Below are positions 26,879 to 37,924 of a stretch of 37,924 bases of DNA, piece by piece. How positions within the stretch are numbered: the first letter of the stretch is position 1; every line of letters starts with the position of its first letter. This DNA comes from Octopus bimaculoides (taxonomy: Eukaryota). The stretch lies in contig NC_068997.1 in assembly GCF_001194135.2 (NCBI RefSeq), positions 18,859,499-18,897,422 on the forward strand. Direction: 5' to 3'. A program made the translations under genes and the position numbers. Under the pieces are notes generated by a model. That model worked only from the letters and a program-made list of their open reading frames with translations, was not told the origin of the DNA and searched no databases.

Positions 26879-27192
26879 ACAGCAATTCTATTCATTCATG
26901 ATCATCCTGACGGGATCGTGTAGATACATGCTTTCTGTACAGTACGGACAATAGCTTTGAGTTACATTCGAATGAAATTATAATCTGAAAGAAGACCTGA
27001 AGAGCCACCTTATGCGTTTGCTTGACCTGCTAGCAATAGCAGGCAAACGTTTACTTTCGGTTTGTTATCAGTTAAGATTTAACATAATCTGTGGAGTCGA
27101 TGAGGAAACCTCTACGTGGTCGTTCGATCTCTGCTCGTAAAAGAAGTGAAGTTCCTTTAAATCACACTCGACAAAGTCTTAAAAATGATTGT

Positions 27193-27290
27193 CTTGCAGT
27201 ATTTGTCTCAGCGTTCTATATTCTGAGTTTAAAGTACAAATTCCACCGAGGTCGACTTTGCGTCTCCTTCTTTCATGGTCGATGAAATAA
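27193..27290 (+). mobile_element. Degenerate SINE family A fragment
   Basis: TTCTGAGTT...CAAATTCCACCGAGGTCGACTTTGC...CTTTCATGGTCGATGAAATAA aligns with 13088-13150. Confidence 0.65.
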
Positions 27291-27447
27291 CATGCGAGTT
27301 TTTATTTGCTTGACTGCTGATGTCTGCCAATGTATGGTGACATGGAGCACAAATCGTTGCAGAATCGCGAGGATTCGATGACAAATTGGTCGGTGTACGC
27401 TGCCGTGGTATCAATATGTCTACCTGCCTGCACGACACTACAGGTAA

Positions 27448-27522
<75 letters not shown>

Positions 27523-27629
27523 CTCTCTAACACACACACACACACACACACAAACACGTACACGCAAACCACATCCTATAATTCTTTCACACATACTTGC
27601 TTCTCTCTTTCCTTCTCTCTCTCACTCTT

Positions 27630-27668
<39 letters not shown>

Positions 27669-27716
27669 GTCTCACTCTCTCTCTCACACACATATACACA
27701 CACTTTCTCTCTCTCC

Positions 27717-27747
<31 letters not shown>

Positions 27748-28787
27748 TCTCCCCCTCTCACTCTCTCACACTCTATCTCACACACATTCTCTCCCCCTCT
27801 TTCTCTTTCCCTTTCTCTCTATCTCTTTCTCTTTCTCTCTGTCTCTCTTTCAATCTCTCTTTCTCCACCTCTCTCTCTTCCTATCTCTCTCTTCCTATCT
27901 CTCTCTTCCTATCTCTCTCTTTTCTCTCTTTCTCTTTCTTTCTCCCTTCTCTCTCTCTTTCTCTCTCTCAAAGCGTACCCCCATTAAAAGAAGGGATAAC
28001 ACAGAAGAAATAGAAGAGATCCCTTAATCAACACTTCAAAGAGGTAGCGGGGTACGAAGGATGGAAAAGATTAATTTCATAATTGATTTATTAGGGAAAA
28101 CATTCCTTTATGTGTTATAATTTGCTGTTTTTTACTTGTTTTTATTTGTTTGCTGAGTTTTTTTTTTCTTTTCCCTATCTTGCTTCGAGCTTTTAGCTGT
28201 TGTTATTAGTGTTTTGTTTTGAAACATTACCGGTTTCTTCACCAGTTTTCGTCGAAATATCATTTCCAAAAATTAACTCTAATAATATCGTGACTCGCCA
28301 CCTTTTTTAATCAAACAGTTTAATTAACACAGTGTCAAATCTATTAATTCCATTTTTAAGCTCAAGCACATTACTCAAATACAGAATACATTTAATGGCT
28401 GCAAAGAAACCTGCATGTGATGTCTTGACCTGTTAGAAATAGTAGCGATATATACTGCTCTTATAATCACAACCTACCATCGTTAAAAGAAAAGAACCAC
28501 ACGTTGGGTACTGTACGTATACATGTCATGACTTACTATAGATTCTTAAGTCTTTGATGGTATCGCAGAGGTACCGGATCTGACAAGGAAGATGGAATCA
28601 GAAAGAAAGCGTTAGGGAAAGAGAAGAATCGACCCCAGTATTGGAATGGTAATTTATTTATCAACACCGGAAGATTTGAACTCAGTGCACAGAGATTGCC
28701 CCTCCCCACCCCACCCCCCCAAAATTGGGGCTTTGTGCCTATAGTAGAAAATAATATTTTTCGTCTGTCTTTACGTTCTGACATTCG

Positions 28788-29190
28788 GTAAAAATTTCAT
28801 ACAGCTACTGTCCCAATATGAAGGGTATTATCACTCGCAAGCCACATCAATAGATTACTCATAGTTGTTACTGCCGAGACTAAGTCTTACACACTAGATC
28901 AGTCATGCTTGATAAACCCAATTGCTTACGAAGCTGAAGTCACAGCAGTGTTCCAAAAAACGAAATACAAAAGAAAATTAAATCGGTTTATGCGAAGGCA
29001 TTTTTTACAATGATACGCAAACCACCAGACTTCTTTTCGACACATAGACAAAAAATGAAACCTTTAAGTTGACTAACCATATATGGAATTTGAAGACCAA
29101 CTGCACACCACATACAATCTACTGGAGAAATCTACACCATATATAAATGAATCAAAGAAATGCAAGATATGTGTAACCGAAAGAGTTTGT
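28788..29190 (+). pseudogene. Penelope-like element GIY-YIG endonuclease relic (stops and frameshifts)
   Basis: Hand translation gives VKISYSYCPNMKGII, SCYCRD, LDQSCLINPIAYEAEVT, IGLCEGIF, YANHQTSFRH, LTNHIWNLK, IYWR and PYINESKKCKICVTER. This is the expected PLE motif order (SYSCMPN, CNC..CPL.G.CL, IVY.A.V, YIG, RY.NH..SFR, IW.LK, C.LC..E). Confidence 0.85.
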
Positions 29191-29331
29191 GTTTGTGTGT
29201 GTGAGTGTGTGTATGTGTGTGTGTGTAGTCAGTATAAATAAACCAACAATAAAATTAACAATAACAAACAGTAAGAGGAAATGTATTAGTACAGGGACTG
29301 TATTAGTTTGACGCTCAGTAACAAGAGAGAA

Positions 29332-29369
29332 TACTTGACGTTTCGAGTATAGCTCTTCATCGGAAAGCA
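29332..29369 (-). ncRNA. Minimal type I hammerhead ribozyme motif of PLE type (U4>C variant)
   Basis: Minus strand UGCUU-U-CCGAUGA-A-GAG(CUAUA)CUC-GAAACGUC-AAGUA. Stem II is GAG/CUC, stem III is the palindrome ACGU, the GUC cleavage triplet is present, and stem I is UGCUU/AAGUA with one G-U pair. Confidence 0.7.
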
Positions 29370-30085
29370 AAAAGGAAAAAGTTCAAAGGAGGAAAAGAAA
29401 TCGCCAACAGCGCGTGTGTAGTTACATTGCTGACGTTTATATAGATATAGATATAGTGAGATGCTGCTTGTGGGTTTCGTGTTTATATAAGCCGTGTCTA
29501 TATACCATCACGTATCCACACTCGCGCACACACAAACGTACTCGCACAAACACATGTGAGCTATTTGTGAGTGTCGCTGTGTGTATACACACACACGCAC
29601 ACACACACACACAAACACACACACATATACGCATGTATTTGTGTACGGATGTTTTATGTGAATTTCCTATAATATGCGTATATGTATGTGTGTGTGTATA
29701 CACACATATATATATACATATATATGAATACAAATATATAATGACCGCACATGCCAACCCTTTTATACATGAGAGTTTAGTGTGAGAGTGTGCACGAAAA
29801 TGTTTGTGTTTGTGTGTATGCGTACGTGTGTGTGTGTTTGTGTGTGTGGCGCACATAGTGTTGTATGTGTGCTCTTATCTGCACGTGCTCACGGCTGTCT
29901 ATGACTAAGCTTCCATACTTGGTCTTATGTAAGGTTGTACGTGTGAGGAAACCCACACATACACACATCCATATACATACACATACGCATATATGCATAT
30001 GTATATGTATATATGTATATATATGTGTGTGTACGTATATATATATATGCTTATTGATAAATGATATGCATATATATATATATAA

Positions 30086-30124
<39 letters not shown>

Positions 30125-30368
30125 NNNNNNNNNNNNNNNNNNNNNNNNNNNNNNNNNNNNNNNNNNNNNNNNNNNNNNNNNNNNNNNNNNNNNNNNNNNN
30201 NNNNNNNNNNNNNNNNNNNNNNNNNNNNNNNNNNNNNNNNNNNNNNNNNNNNNNNNNNNNNNNNNNNNNNNNNNNNNNNNNNNNNNNNNNNNNNNNNNNN
30301 NNNNNNNNNNNNNNNNNNNNNNNNNNNNNNNNNNNNNNNNNNNNNNNNNNNNNNNNNNNNNNNNNNNN

Positions 30369-30405
<37 letters not shown>

Positions 30406-31021
30406 TACACACGAGTATGCAATAATATGCATGCATATACGTGTGGTAAGGAGGGAGAAAGAGAGAGAGATGAAGAGGAGCCATTTTATAGTGTCTTTCT
30501 AATAGACAGCATTGAAACGACCAACTGAGAAGTTACATAGCTTTAAAAGTAGCGCCAACCTAATCGTTTACAAAAAGCCTCTACACAACCATCACCTTTA
30601 CCATTCTCATCATTACTATCATCACCATCATCAACATCACAAGCAACATCGTCATCATCATCATCATCATCATCAAGACAATCATCCAAGCCATCGTCAT
30701 CGCCTCTCCCGCACGCCGCATCCTTTTGTAACCAATCAAATGAAGGCCGGATAACGTTTTCTAGAGGAGTGAACAGAGCGAAAGATGCTAGAGATATTGT
30801 TATTGGGAGTTTATCTTCAAGACCAAACGCTACTCTGTGATCATTTGGAAGGCATCAATTATTTCTCTGAACTTTCTCGCCAAGAACAAACTAATTAATA
30901 CTGATCTTCTGTGTGTGTGGTAAATATGCCATCCCCGTTTGTTCTCTGTGCGAGTGTGTGCCTGTGCGACTGCGTGCGAGTGTGCGTGTGAATATGAGTG
31001 CGTATATTAGTGTGTGTGTGT

Positions 31022-31067
<46 letters not shown>

Positions 31068-31226
31068 TGCATGAGTATTTGTGTGTTTTCTCCTTTATTT
31101 CGTTCAATGTCTTTTAATCATTGCAGTCGTTGATGGTGAGAATGTGTGAATAAGGGAATATACACTTCTACACATGTATGTGTGTATCATATGTATGTAT
31201 ATATATATGTATACGTTGGTGTATGT

Positions 31227-31263
<37 letters not shown>

Positions 31264-31449
31264 TATATCTTTGTGTGTATGCATCACTATATATATATAT
31301 ATGCATCATTATATATATATAATATATTATACATATATGTATATACACATAAATACACACAGATATATATATATAGATAAATACACTCTACACACACACA
31401 GACACACACACAGACACACATACATGCATATATTGCATATATATATACA

Positions 31450-31491
<42 letters not shown>

Positions 31492-32024
31492 NNNNNNNNN
31501 NNNNNNNNNNNNNNNNNNNNNNNNNNNNNNNNNNNNNNNNNNNNNNNNNNNNNNNNNNNNNNNNNNNNNNNNNNNNNNNNNNNNNNNNNNNNNNNNNNNN
31601 NNNNNNNNNNNNNNNNNNNNNNNNNNNNNNNNNNNNNNNNNNNNNNNNNNNNNNNNNNNNNNNNNNNNNNNNNNNNNNNNNNNNNNNNNNNNNNNNNNNN
31701 NNNNNNNNNNNNNNNNNNNNNNNNNNNNNNNNNNNNNNTACATGCATACTTACGTGTGTGTGTGTTCATACGTGTGCCTCTCTAAGAATGTGCATTTTTT
31801 TCTTTTGCATAAAGTAGAAAAGCTAGAAGAGGAAGGAAGAGGCGGGGGTGGTTTGGTTTTGAAAGGTGTGAGAGTTGCGATGTTTTACAATGATTGCATG
31901 CCCATTCCTATGTGTGTGCAACTAATGTGTATGTAAGTATGTGTGTGAGTGTAAGTACGCGGTTATGTATGCGTTGGCGTGTGTCTATTTGCTACAGATT
32001 GCATGTTTACGGTAACGAAGATGA

Positions 32025-32056
32025 TGACGATGCTCATGATGATGATGACGACGAGA

Positions 32057-32119
<63 letters not shown>

Positions 32120-32255
32120 CTGATGATGATGGTGACGGTGATAATGCTGATGATGATGACGGCGGCGACGATGACGACGACGATAATGAAGGTTATGACA
32201 ATAGTGATTATGATGAACACCCTCGTTATTATTTTTGCTGTTTCTGATATTATTA

Positions 32256-32322
<67 letters not shown>

Positions 32323-32475
32323 TATTATTACTATTATTACTATTATTATTATTATTATTAATATTAATATTATTATTATTATTATTATTGCTATTATTAT
32401 TATCATCATCATTATCATCATCATCATCTTCATCATCATCATCATCATCATCAATATCATTATGCTGATGACGAT
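32025..32475. repeat. Compound trinucleotide tract (GAT)n - (TAT)n - (CAT)n
   Basis: Direct; the source of the poly-D/M/I/N/H/L ORFs. Confidence 0.95.
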
Positions 32476-33718
32476 ATTGATGATCATGCAGATGAAAAAT
32501 GTAAAGGATGACGAGGATGAAGATTACGAAGTTGAGGCAAGAAGAAGGAGGAGGGGAGTAGAAAGAGGAGGAGGAGGAGTAGGAGGAGGAAATAGAAGTA
32601 GAAGACAAAAGAGCTGTGAGTGATCTTTTGCGAAGACTTTTAATGATCTTTGAACTATTCCAGTAACAGAGTTCTAATTATCACTGCTGGCAAAGACAGC
32701 AGAAGATATGGACAGCTTGAAGAAATCCTTTTCTGGCAGTTAAAATAACAAACAGCATAGAGCAAAGATTGACTCTACCTCCTTTCCCCTCCCGCTTGCC
32801 TGCTTGCCTTGCCTGCCTGCCTGTCTGCCTGCCTATTCTTCTTTTCCTTCTATGTTGAGTTCTCGCAATATGATGAGATCATTTGTGTCAAAGTAGAAAT
32901 TGGTGATTGTTAAGTAGATTCTCAAGAGGTATGATTATAATTCAATTCTGTGTCATTTGCTCAGTACTTGCACACCAACTGAAAACCCCAACACAATCTC
33001 CAAATTGAGAATCAAAATCCCAAACACCCAAACCCAAACCCAAACCCCAACTCAGCCCTAAGGTTTAACAAAAAAAGAAATACTAAGAAAAATCACACCC
33101 TTTATAACAAGCTGTTTGAAGATTGATTTTCTTTTTCCTTACAGTTTTTCTTTGGAACATGATTATTTTGTTTCAGCCAAAGTGAGAAAGGAATATTCCA
33201 TTTCCGTTTCCATTGTAATTGTCTCATATCGACCAAAATACAAGCGAAGATATTGAGGGCAAGAAAAACCCTTCCCAGCAAAAAGAAAAGTGGATTAGTG
33301 TTGCAGGGTATGAAATGCAATAGATAGATAGTTCTGCATGTATATGTATNNNNNNNNNNNNNNNNNNNNNNNNNNNNNNNNNNNNNNNNNNNNNNNNNNN
33401 NNNNNNNNNNNNNNNNNNNNNNNNNNNNNNNNNNNNNNNNNNNNNNNNNNNNNNNNNNNNNNNNNNNNNNNNNNNNNNNNNNNNNNNNNNNNNNNNNNNN
33501 NNNNNNNNNNNNNNNNNNNNNNNNNNNNNNNNNNNNNNNNNNNNNNNNNNNNNNNNNNNNNNNNNNNNNNNNNNNNNNNNNNNNNNNNNNNNNNNNNNNN
33601 NNNNNNNNNNNNNNNNNNTACATATACGCACACATGCACACAAATTTATAATAATAGACACATGTTCATGTGTGTATGTATATGTGTGTGTGTGTGTAAG
33701 TGTATGTGTGTGTGAGTA

Positions 33719-34097
33719 CAGGCTGTGGTGAATAAATTGTCGTCTAAATCACGCAAAGATAAAAAAATAACACTGACATCTCATTTTAACAGATATATTT
33801 ACCAAAATTACATAAAATTACTTGATATACTAAGGAGTAAATTTATTCAATAAAATCGCCATTGGTTTCAACTGCGGCCTCCAGACGACTTCGGAATCTC
33901 CTGCAACTCTTCTGGACGGTCTCCTTGTTTAAGCTGGTGAATGTTGCTATAATCCTTACCTTTGGTTCATCTTTGATGTCACAAGGAGTTTTGCTGGTCT
34001 CTCGCTCAACCGCGCCCCACACATAATAATGAAGGGGGTTGTAGTCTGGAAAGTTAGGTGGCTAGATGTTAGGGGTGATGTAGTCGCAGAAATTGTC
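33719..34097 (-). mobile_element. 5'-truncated Tc1/mariner element (DD37D/maT-like): transposase C-terminus plus one terminal end
   Basis: Minus 34097-33843 reads DNFCDYITPNI*PPNFPDYNPLHYYVWGAVERETSKTPCDIKDEPKVRIIATFTSLNKETVQKSCRRFRSRLEAAVETNGDFIE*, a decayed WPPNSPDLNPLDY.VWG motif. The end begins CAGGCTGTGGTGAATAAATTGTCG after a TA at 33717-33718. Confidence 0.85.
33843..34097 (-). pseudogene. Mariner transposase C-terminal 84-aa fragment with a premature TAG (W>stop)
   Basis: One internal stop, and the catalytic-motif region is altered (FPDYNPLHY versus SPDLNPLDY). Confidence 0.85.
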
Positions 34098-34109
34098 TTG
34101 TTCGTTTGC

Positions 34110-34500
34110 AGTGACTAAATTTAAATGAGTTCGGTAATCGAATGCTTCAGCTAGGTCACCCAATAATTATAGTGTTATGTATCTTAATGGTGGGCCTCGA
34201 AGAAGGAAATAAAGCTATAAATAGTAGCCTGTAGAACATTGCGTTAAAACCCCTTAGATGGAAAAAAGGTTGCAGGCTGTCTGTGGAACACGAACCCTGT
34301 TTTTTTTTTAGTTGGGGGCTTTATATAGTGTTTGGGAAGTTGTTTATCTGGGGTAGATGGAGTTATGTGGATGATGATTAGGCTTAGTGTTGGTAAACCG
34401 GTGAAGTACTTGTGTTAGAATAGGGAATCGAAAAGATAGGAGAAAAGTATGTTTTTGTAAGGTAAGGATTGCTAGGAAGTTATGGTGAGGAGATTTATTT
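34110..34500 (-). mobile_element. Possible heavily decayed LINE reverse-transcriptase relic
   Basis: Frameshifted fragments YLFDSLF*HKYF, PDKQLPKHY, ATIYSFISF and IIIGDLAEAFDY occur in the order of early RT motifs (LFN..L..G.FP, P.NYRP, DLSKAFD). Weak and by eye only. Confidence 0.3.
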
Positions 34501-34801
34501 TGACTTGATTTCGGAATTTTTTTATTGTTTATGATTCATTCAAGTGTCCAAGTAAAGGTGTAAATGGGTGTGTCAAATTCAGTTCTCTTTGGCAATAATT
34601 TAAAGGGATCGGTAACTCTAAAATTTGCATAAAGGACATCTTTCAAATTCTGAAGCAGCCTGCATCACCCGTTAACTGGAGATCAGAGACGTTATCTATT
34701 GACCAGAGCCAGTGTAGATATATTATAGAAAAATTCACAAAAACCTGCTGATGTCAGAATGTAACACTTAATAAAAATCGGTTTTTCCTAGTTCTTACCA
34801 G

Positions 34802-34930
34802 GTTCCCGGTGTAATTGGGCCAGACAGCGAAGATCTTGAACAAAATTGTTTCTTCTATACCACTGAGACACAGGAACAATGGATCTGCAATCACGAGGAA
34901 AACGATCATGTGACCAGCCTTAATCAATGA
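34802..34930 (+). CDS. Candidate terminal coding exon of an unidentified gene
   Basis: Acceptor TTTTTCCTAGTTCTTACCAG|G, phase 0, VPGVIGPDSEDLEQNCFFYTTETQEQWICNHEENDHVTSLNQ*. No homology recognised. Confidence 0.25.
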   Translation, partial: VPGVIGPDSEDLEQNCFFYTTETQEQWICNHEENDHVTSLNQ

Positions 34931-35218
34931 GAATGAAGCATATAAGTCCTGCTAGTACGTTCCATTATTTAAAATATATACTGACCATATCGTCCGAGGG
35001 ATCACATGTCTATACTTTGAGTGCGAGCACGTGTGTGAAACTAAATACCACGAGAGTGAATCACTAGCTAATTTATAAACTGTTTTTCTAGATACTGAAT
35101 GCACTTTCCAGACGTTTGTAAACACAGGCGTATACTCATGCGCACACAATCACATATATATTTTTGTGCATGTGTATGTATTTATACAACTTTATACATA
35201 CATACATACATACATACA

Positions 35219-35254
<36 letters not shown>

Positions 35255-35323
35255 TATCATTATGGAAACATGTATGAGTAAATATATCACACATATAGTA
35301 ATAACATACGCACACACACACAC

Positions 35324-35368
<45 letters not shown>

Positions 35369-35623
35369 TATACATACATTCATATTTATGTCTTCATATT
35401 CTTATATATATATATTTCGTAGTAATCCTTATTATTATCATTATTGATATANNNNNNNNNNNNNNNNNNNNNNNNNNNNNNNNNNNNNNNNNNNNNNNNN
35501 NNNNNNNNNNNNNNNNNNNNNNNNNNNNNNNNNNNNNNNNNNNNNNNNNNNNNNNNNNNNNNNNNNNNNNNNNNNNNNNNNNNNNNNNNNNNNNNNNNNN
35601 NNNNNNNNNNNNNNNNNNNNNNN

Positions 35624-35679
<56 letters not shown>

Positions 35680-37518
35680 GCAAACACACTCATATGTACA
35701 TGTACGCGTATGTGTGTGTCGGTGTATGTCTGCACTTAACGTTCTCTCCTGATTTCTCAGGTGTCCAATTTTCTGCGTCCGACATATCTGTGTTTATACG
35801 AACGGCTTTTGTACACTTTTATGTTTTATTTTTGTCTCTGTCTGCAGCGGTGTTTCATAAACTCATACTTTCTGCTCCTATTGTTTTGTTTCGTTTTTGT
35901 ATTTTTATAGTTTTATATTTCCTTCATTTTTATTACTTATAAAGTACTAATTTCCATTGACTGCCATGGTCAATAGGATATTTGGAAATGACTATTCTCG
36001 ACCTACTGTTAGCTGTAGATAGCTACCAACAAAAATCAAGTGAATTGTAACAGCAGCCATAACATTTGTATTGGGTGGAGCAGCGGAAGACGTTAACAGC
36101 CCTGTTATATGTACCAAACGTGGAATTACCATCTAGTATTACTGTTGCCTGAATGCTAGAACTGTCTAAAAACAGAACAGAAGCCGTGAATTGCAGCTCG
36201 TAATAATACTGATTGAAGCAAAAGGCAATGTAGTTATCACATTGACGAATCTAGTGTTGTTTTTACTCCCCGACTCATTCAATCACTTTCCGTATTGGTA
36301 ACGACTGTAAGCCTCCACCACCGATATAATATCCACCACCACCACCACCACCACCATCACCATTACAATCACGACCACCACCGCTATCATCTCACCGATT
36401 ACTGTTGCCACCACCCAGTCTGAAATTAGAAGGAGTGAAATAGAATCAAATAATGACTTTTCGTTATGGTTATTTTATCTGGTGACAGATGTGTTGCTTT
36501 ATAAAGACCGTCGAGGCTGAAAAAGAAAAAAAAAAAGAGAAAAATAATGAAATAACTGATAAAAAAAAAAAGTTACTAAATATTTACCCTGTCTCTTGGA
36601 GTCTTCAAAATTTCAGCCTCTTCTTTCAACGCAATCTTNNNNNNNNNNNNNNNNNNNNNNNNNNNNNNNNNNNNNNNNNNNNNNNNNNNNNNNNNNNNNN
36701 NNNNNNNNNNNNNNNNNNNNNNNNNNNNNNNNNNNNNNNNNNNNNNNNNNNNNNNNNNNNNNNNNNNNNNNNNNNNNNNNNNNNNNNNNNNNNNNNNNNN
36801 NNNNNNNNNNNNNNNNNNNNNNNNNNNNNNNNNNNNNNNNNNNNNNNNNNNNNNNNNNNNNNNNNNNNNNNNNNNNNNNNNNNNNNNNNNNNNNNNNNNN
36901 NNNNNNNNNNNNNNNNNNNNNNNNNNNNNNNNNNNNNNNNNNNNNNNNNNNNNNNNNNNNNNNNNNNNNNNNNNNNNNNNNNNNNNNNNNNNNNNNNNNN
37001 NNNNNNNNNNNNNNNNNNNNNNNNNNNNNNNNNNNNNNNNNNNNNNNNNNNNNNNNNNNNNNNNNNNNNNNNNNNNNNNNNNNNNNNNNNNNNNNNNNNN
37101 NNNNNNNNNNNNNNNNNNNNNNNNNNNNNNNNNNNNNNNNNNNNNNNNNNNNNNNNNNNNNNNNNNNNNNNNNNNNNNNNNNNNNNNNNNNNNNNNNNNN
37201 NNNNNNNNNNNNNNNNNNNNNNNNNNNNNNNNNNNNNNNNNNNNNNNNNNNNNNNNNNNNNNNNNNNNNNNNNNNNNNNNNNNNNNNNNNNNNNNNNNNN
37301 NNNNNNNNNNNNNNNNNNNNNNNNNNNNNNNNNNNNNNNNNNNNNNNNNNNNNNNNNNNNNNNNNNNNNNNNNNNNNNNNNNNNNNNNNNNNNNNNNNNN
37401 NNNNNNNNNNNNNNNNNNNNNNNNNNNNNNNNNNNNNNNNNNNNNNNNNNNNNNNNNNNNNNNNNNNNNNNNNNNNNNNNNNNNNNNNNNNNNNNNNNNN
37501 NNNNNNNNNNNNNNNNNN

Positions 37519-37713
37519 TCTCACACACACACACACACACACACTCTTCCTCACCCGTCTCACTCTCTCTCTCTCACACACACACACACTCTTCCTCACC
37601 CGTCTCACTCTCTCTCTTTTTCTCTTTCTCTCTCTCTCTTTCCCTCTCTCTCTCTCTCCCTCTCTCTCTCTTTCTCTCTCACACACACACACACACACTC
37701 TTCCTCACCTGTC

Positions 37714-37779
<66 letters not shown>

Positions 37780-37880
37780 TCTCTCACACATACACACACT
37801 CTTCCTCACTCTCTCTCTTTTTCTCTTTCTCTCTCTCTCTCTTTTTCTCTTTCTCTCTCTCTCTCTCGCTCTCTCTCTCC

Positions 37881-37924
<44 letters not shown>
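37519..37924. repeat. (CA)n/(CT)n compound minisatellite with a recurring CTTCCTCACCCGTCTCAC core (3 full copies, 1 partial)
   Basis: Cores at about 37546, 37591, 37700 and 37801. Confidence 0.9.

Noticed and set aside
30512-30754. His-rich ORF
   Set aside because: It derives from a decayed (CAT)n tract and lacks the Gly-His repeats of cephalopod beak His-rich proteins.
33015-33065. (CCCAAA)n and scattered TTAGGG near 320-385 as possible interstitial telomere
   Set aside because: There is no tandem (TTAGGG)n; the units differ or are isolated.

Overview
Eukaryotic, AT-rich, microsatellite-saturated DNA with 16 N-gaps (about 6.2 kb in total by my count). The repeat families (tRNA-derived SINEs and a DD37D-type mariner) look like those I associate with Octopus genomes; this is recall and inference, not a database result. 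No intact gene can be supported. Almost all long ORFs in the track are simple-repeat or N-run artefacts, and the window is probably intronic or intergenic with a few unproven candidate exons. Supportable features are several SINE copies, two clear Penelope-like (PLE) GIY-YIG endonuclease relics, a 5'-truncated Tc1/mariner transposase pseudogene with one terminal end, and probable hAT and Tigger ends. The two most notable items are a minimal PLE-type hammerhead ribozyme motif (29332-29369, minus strand) and an array of about 17 units (21396-21968) whose conserved 21-bp core overlaps NF-kB-like, STAT and ETS motifs. I see no convincing new protein-coding system.
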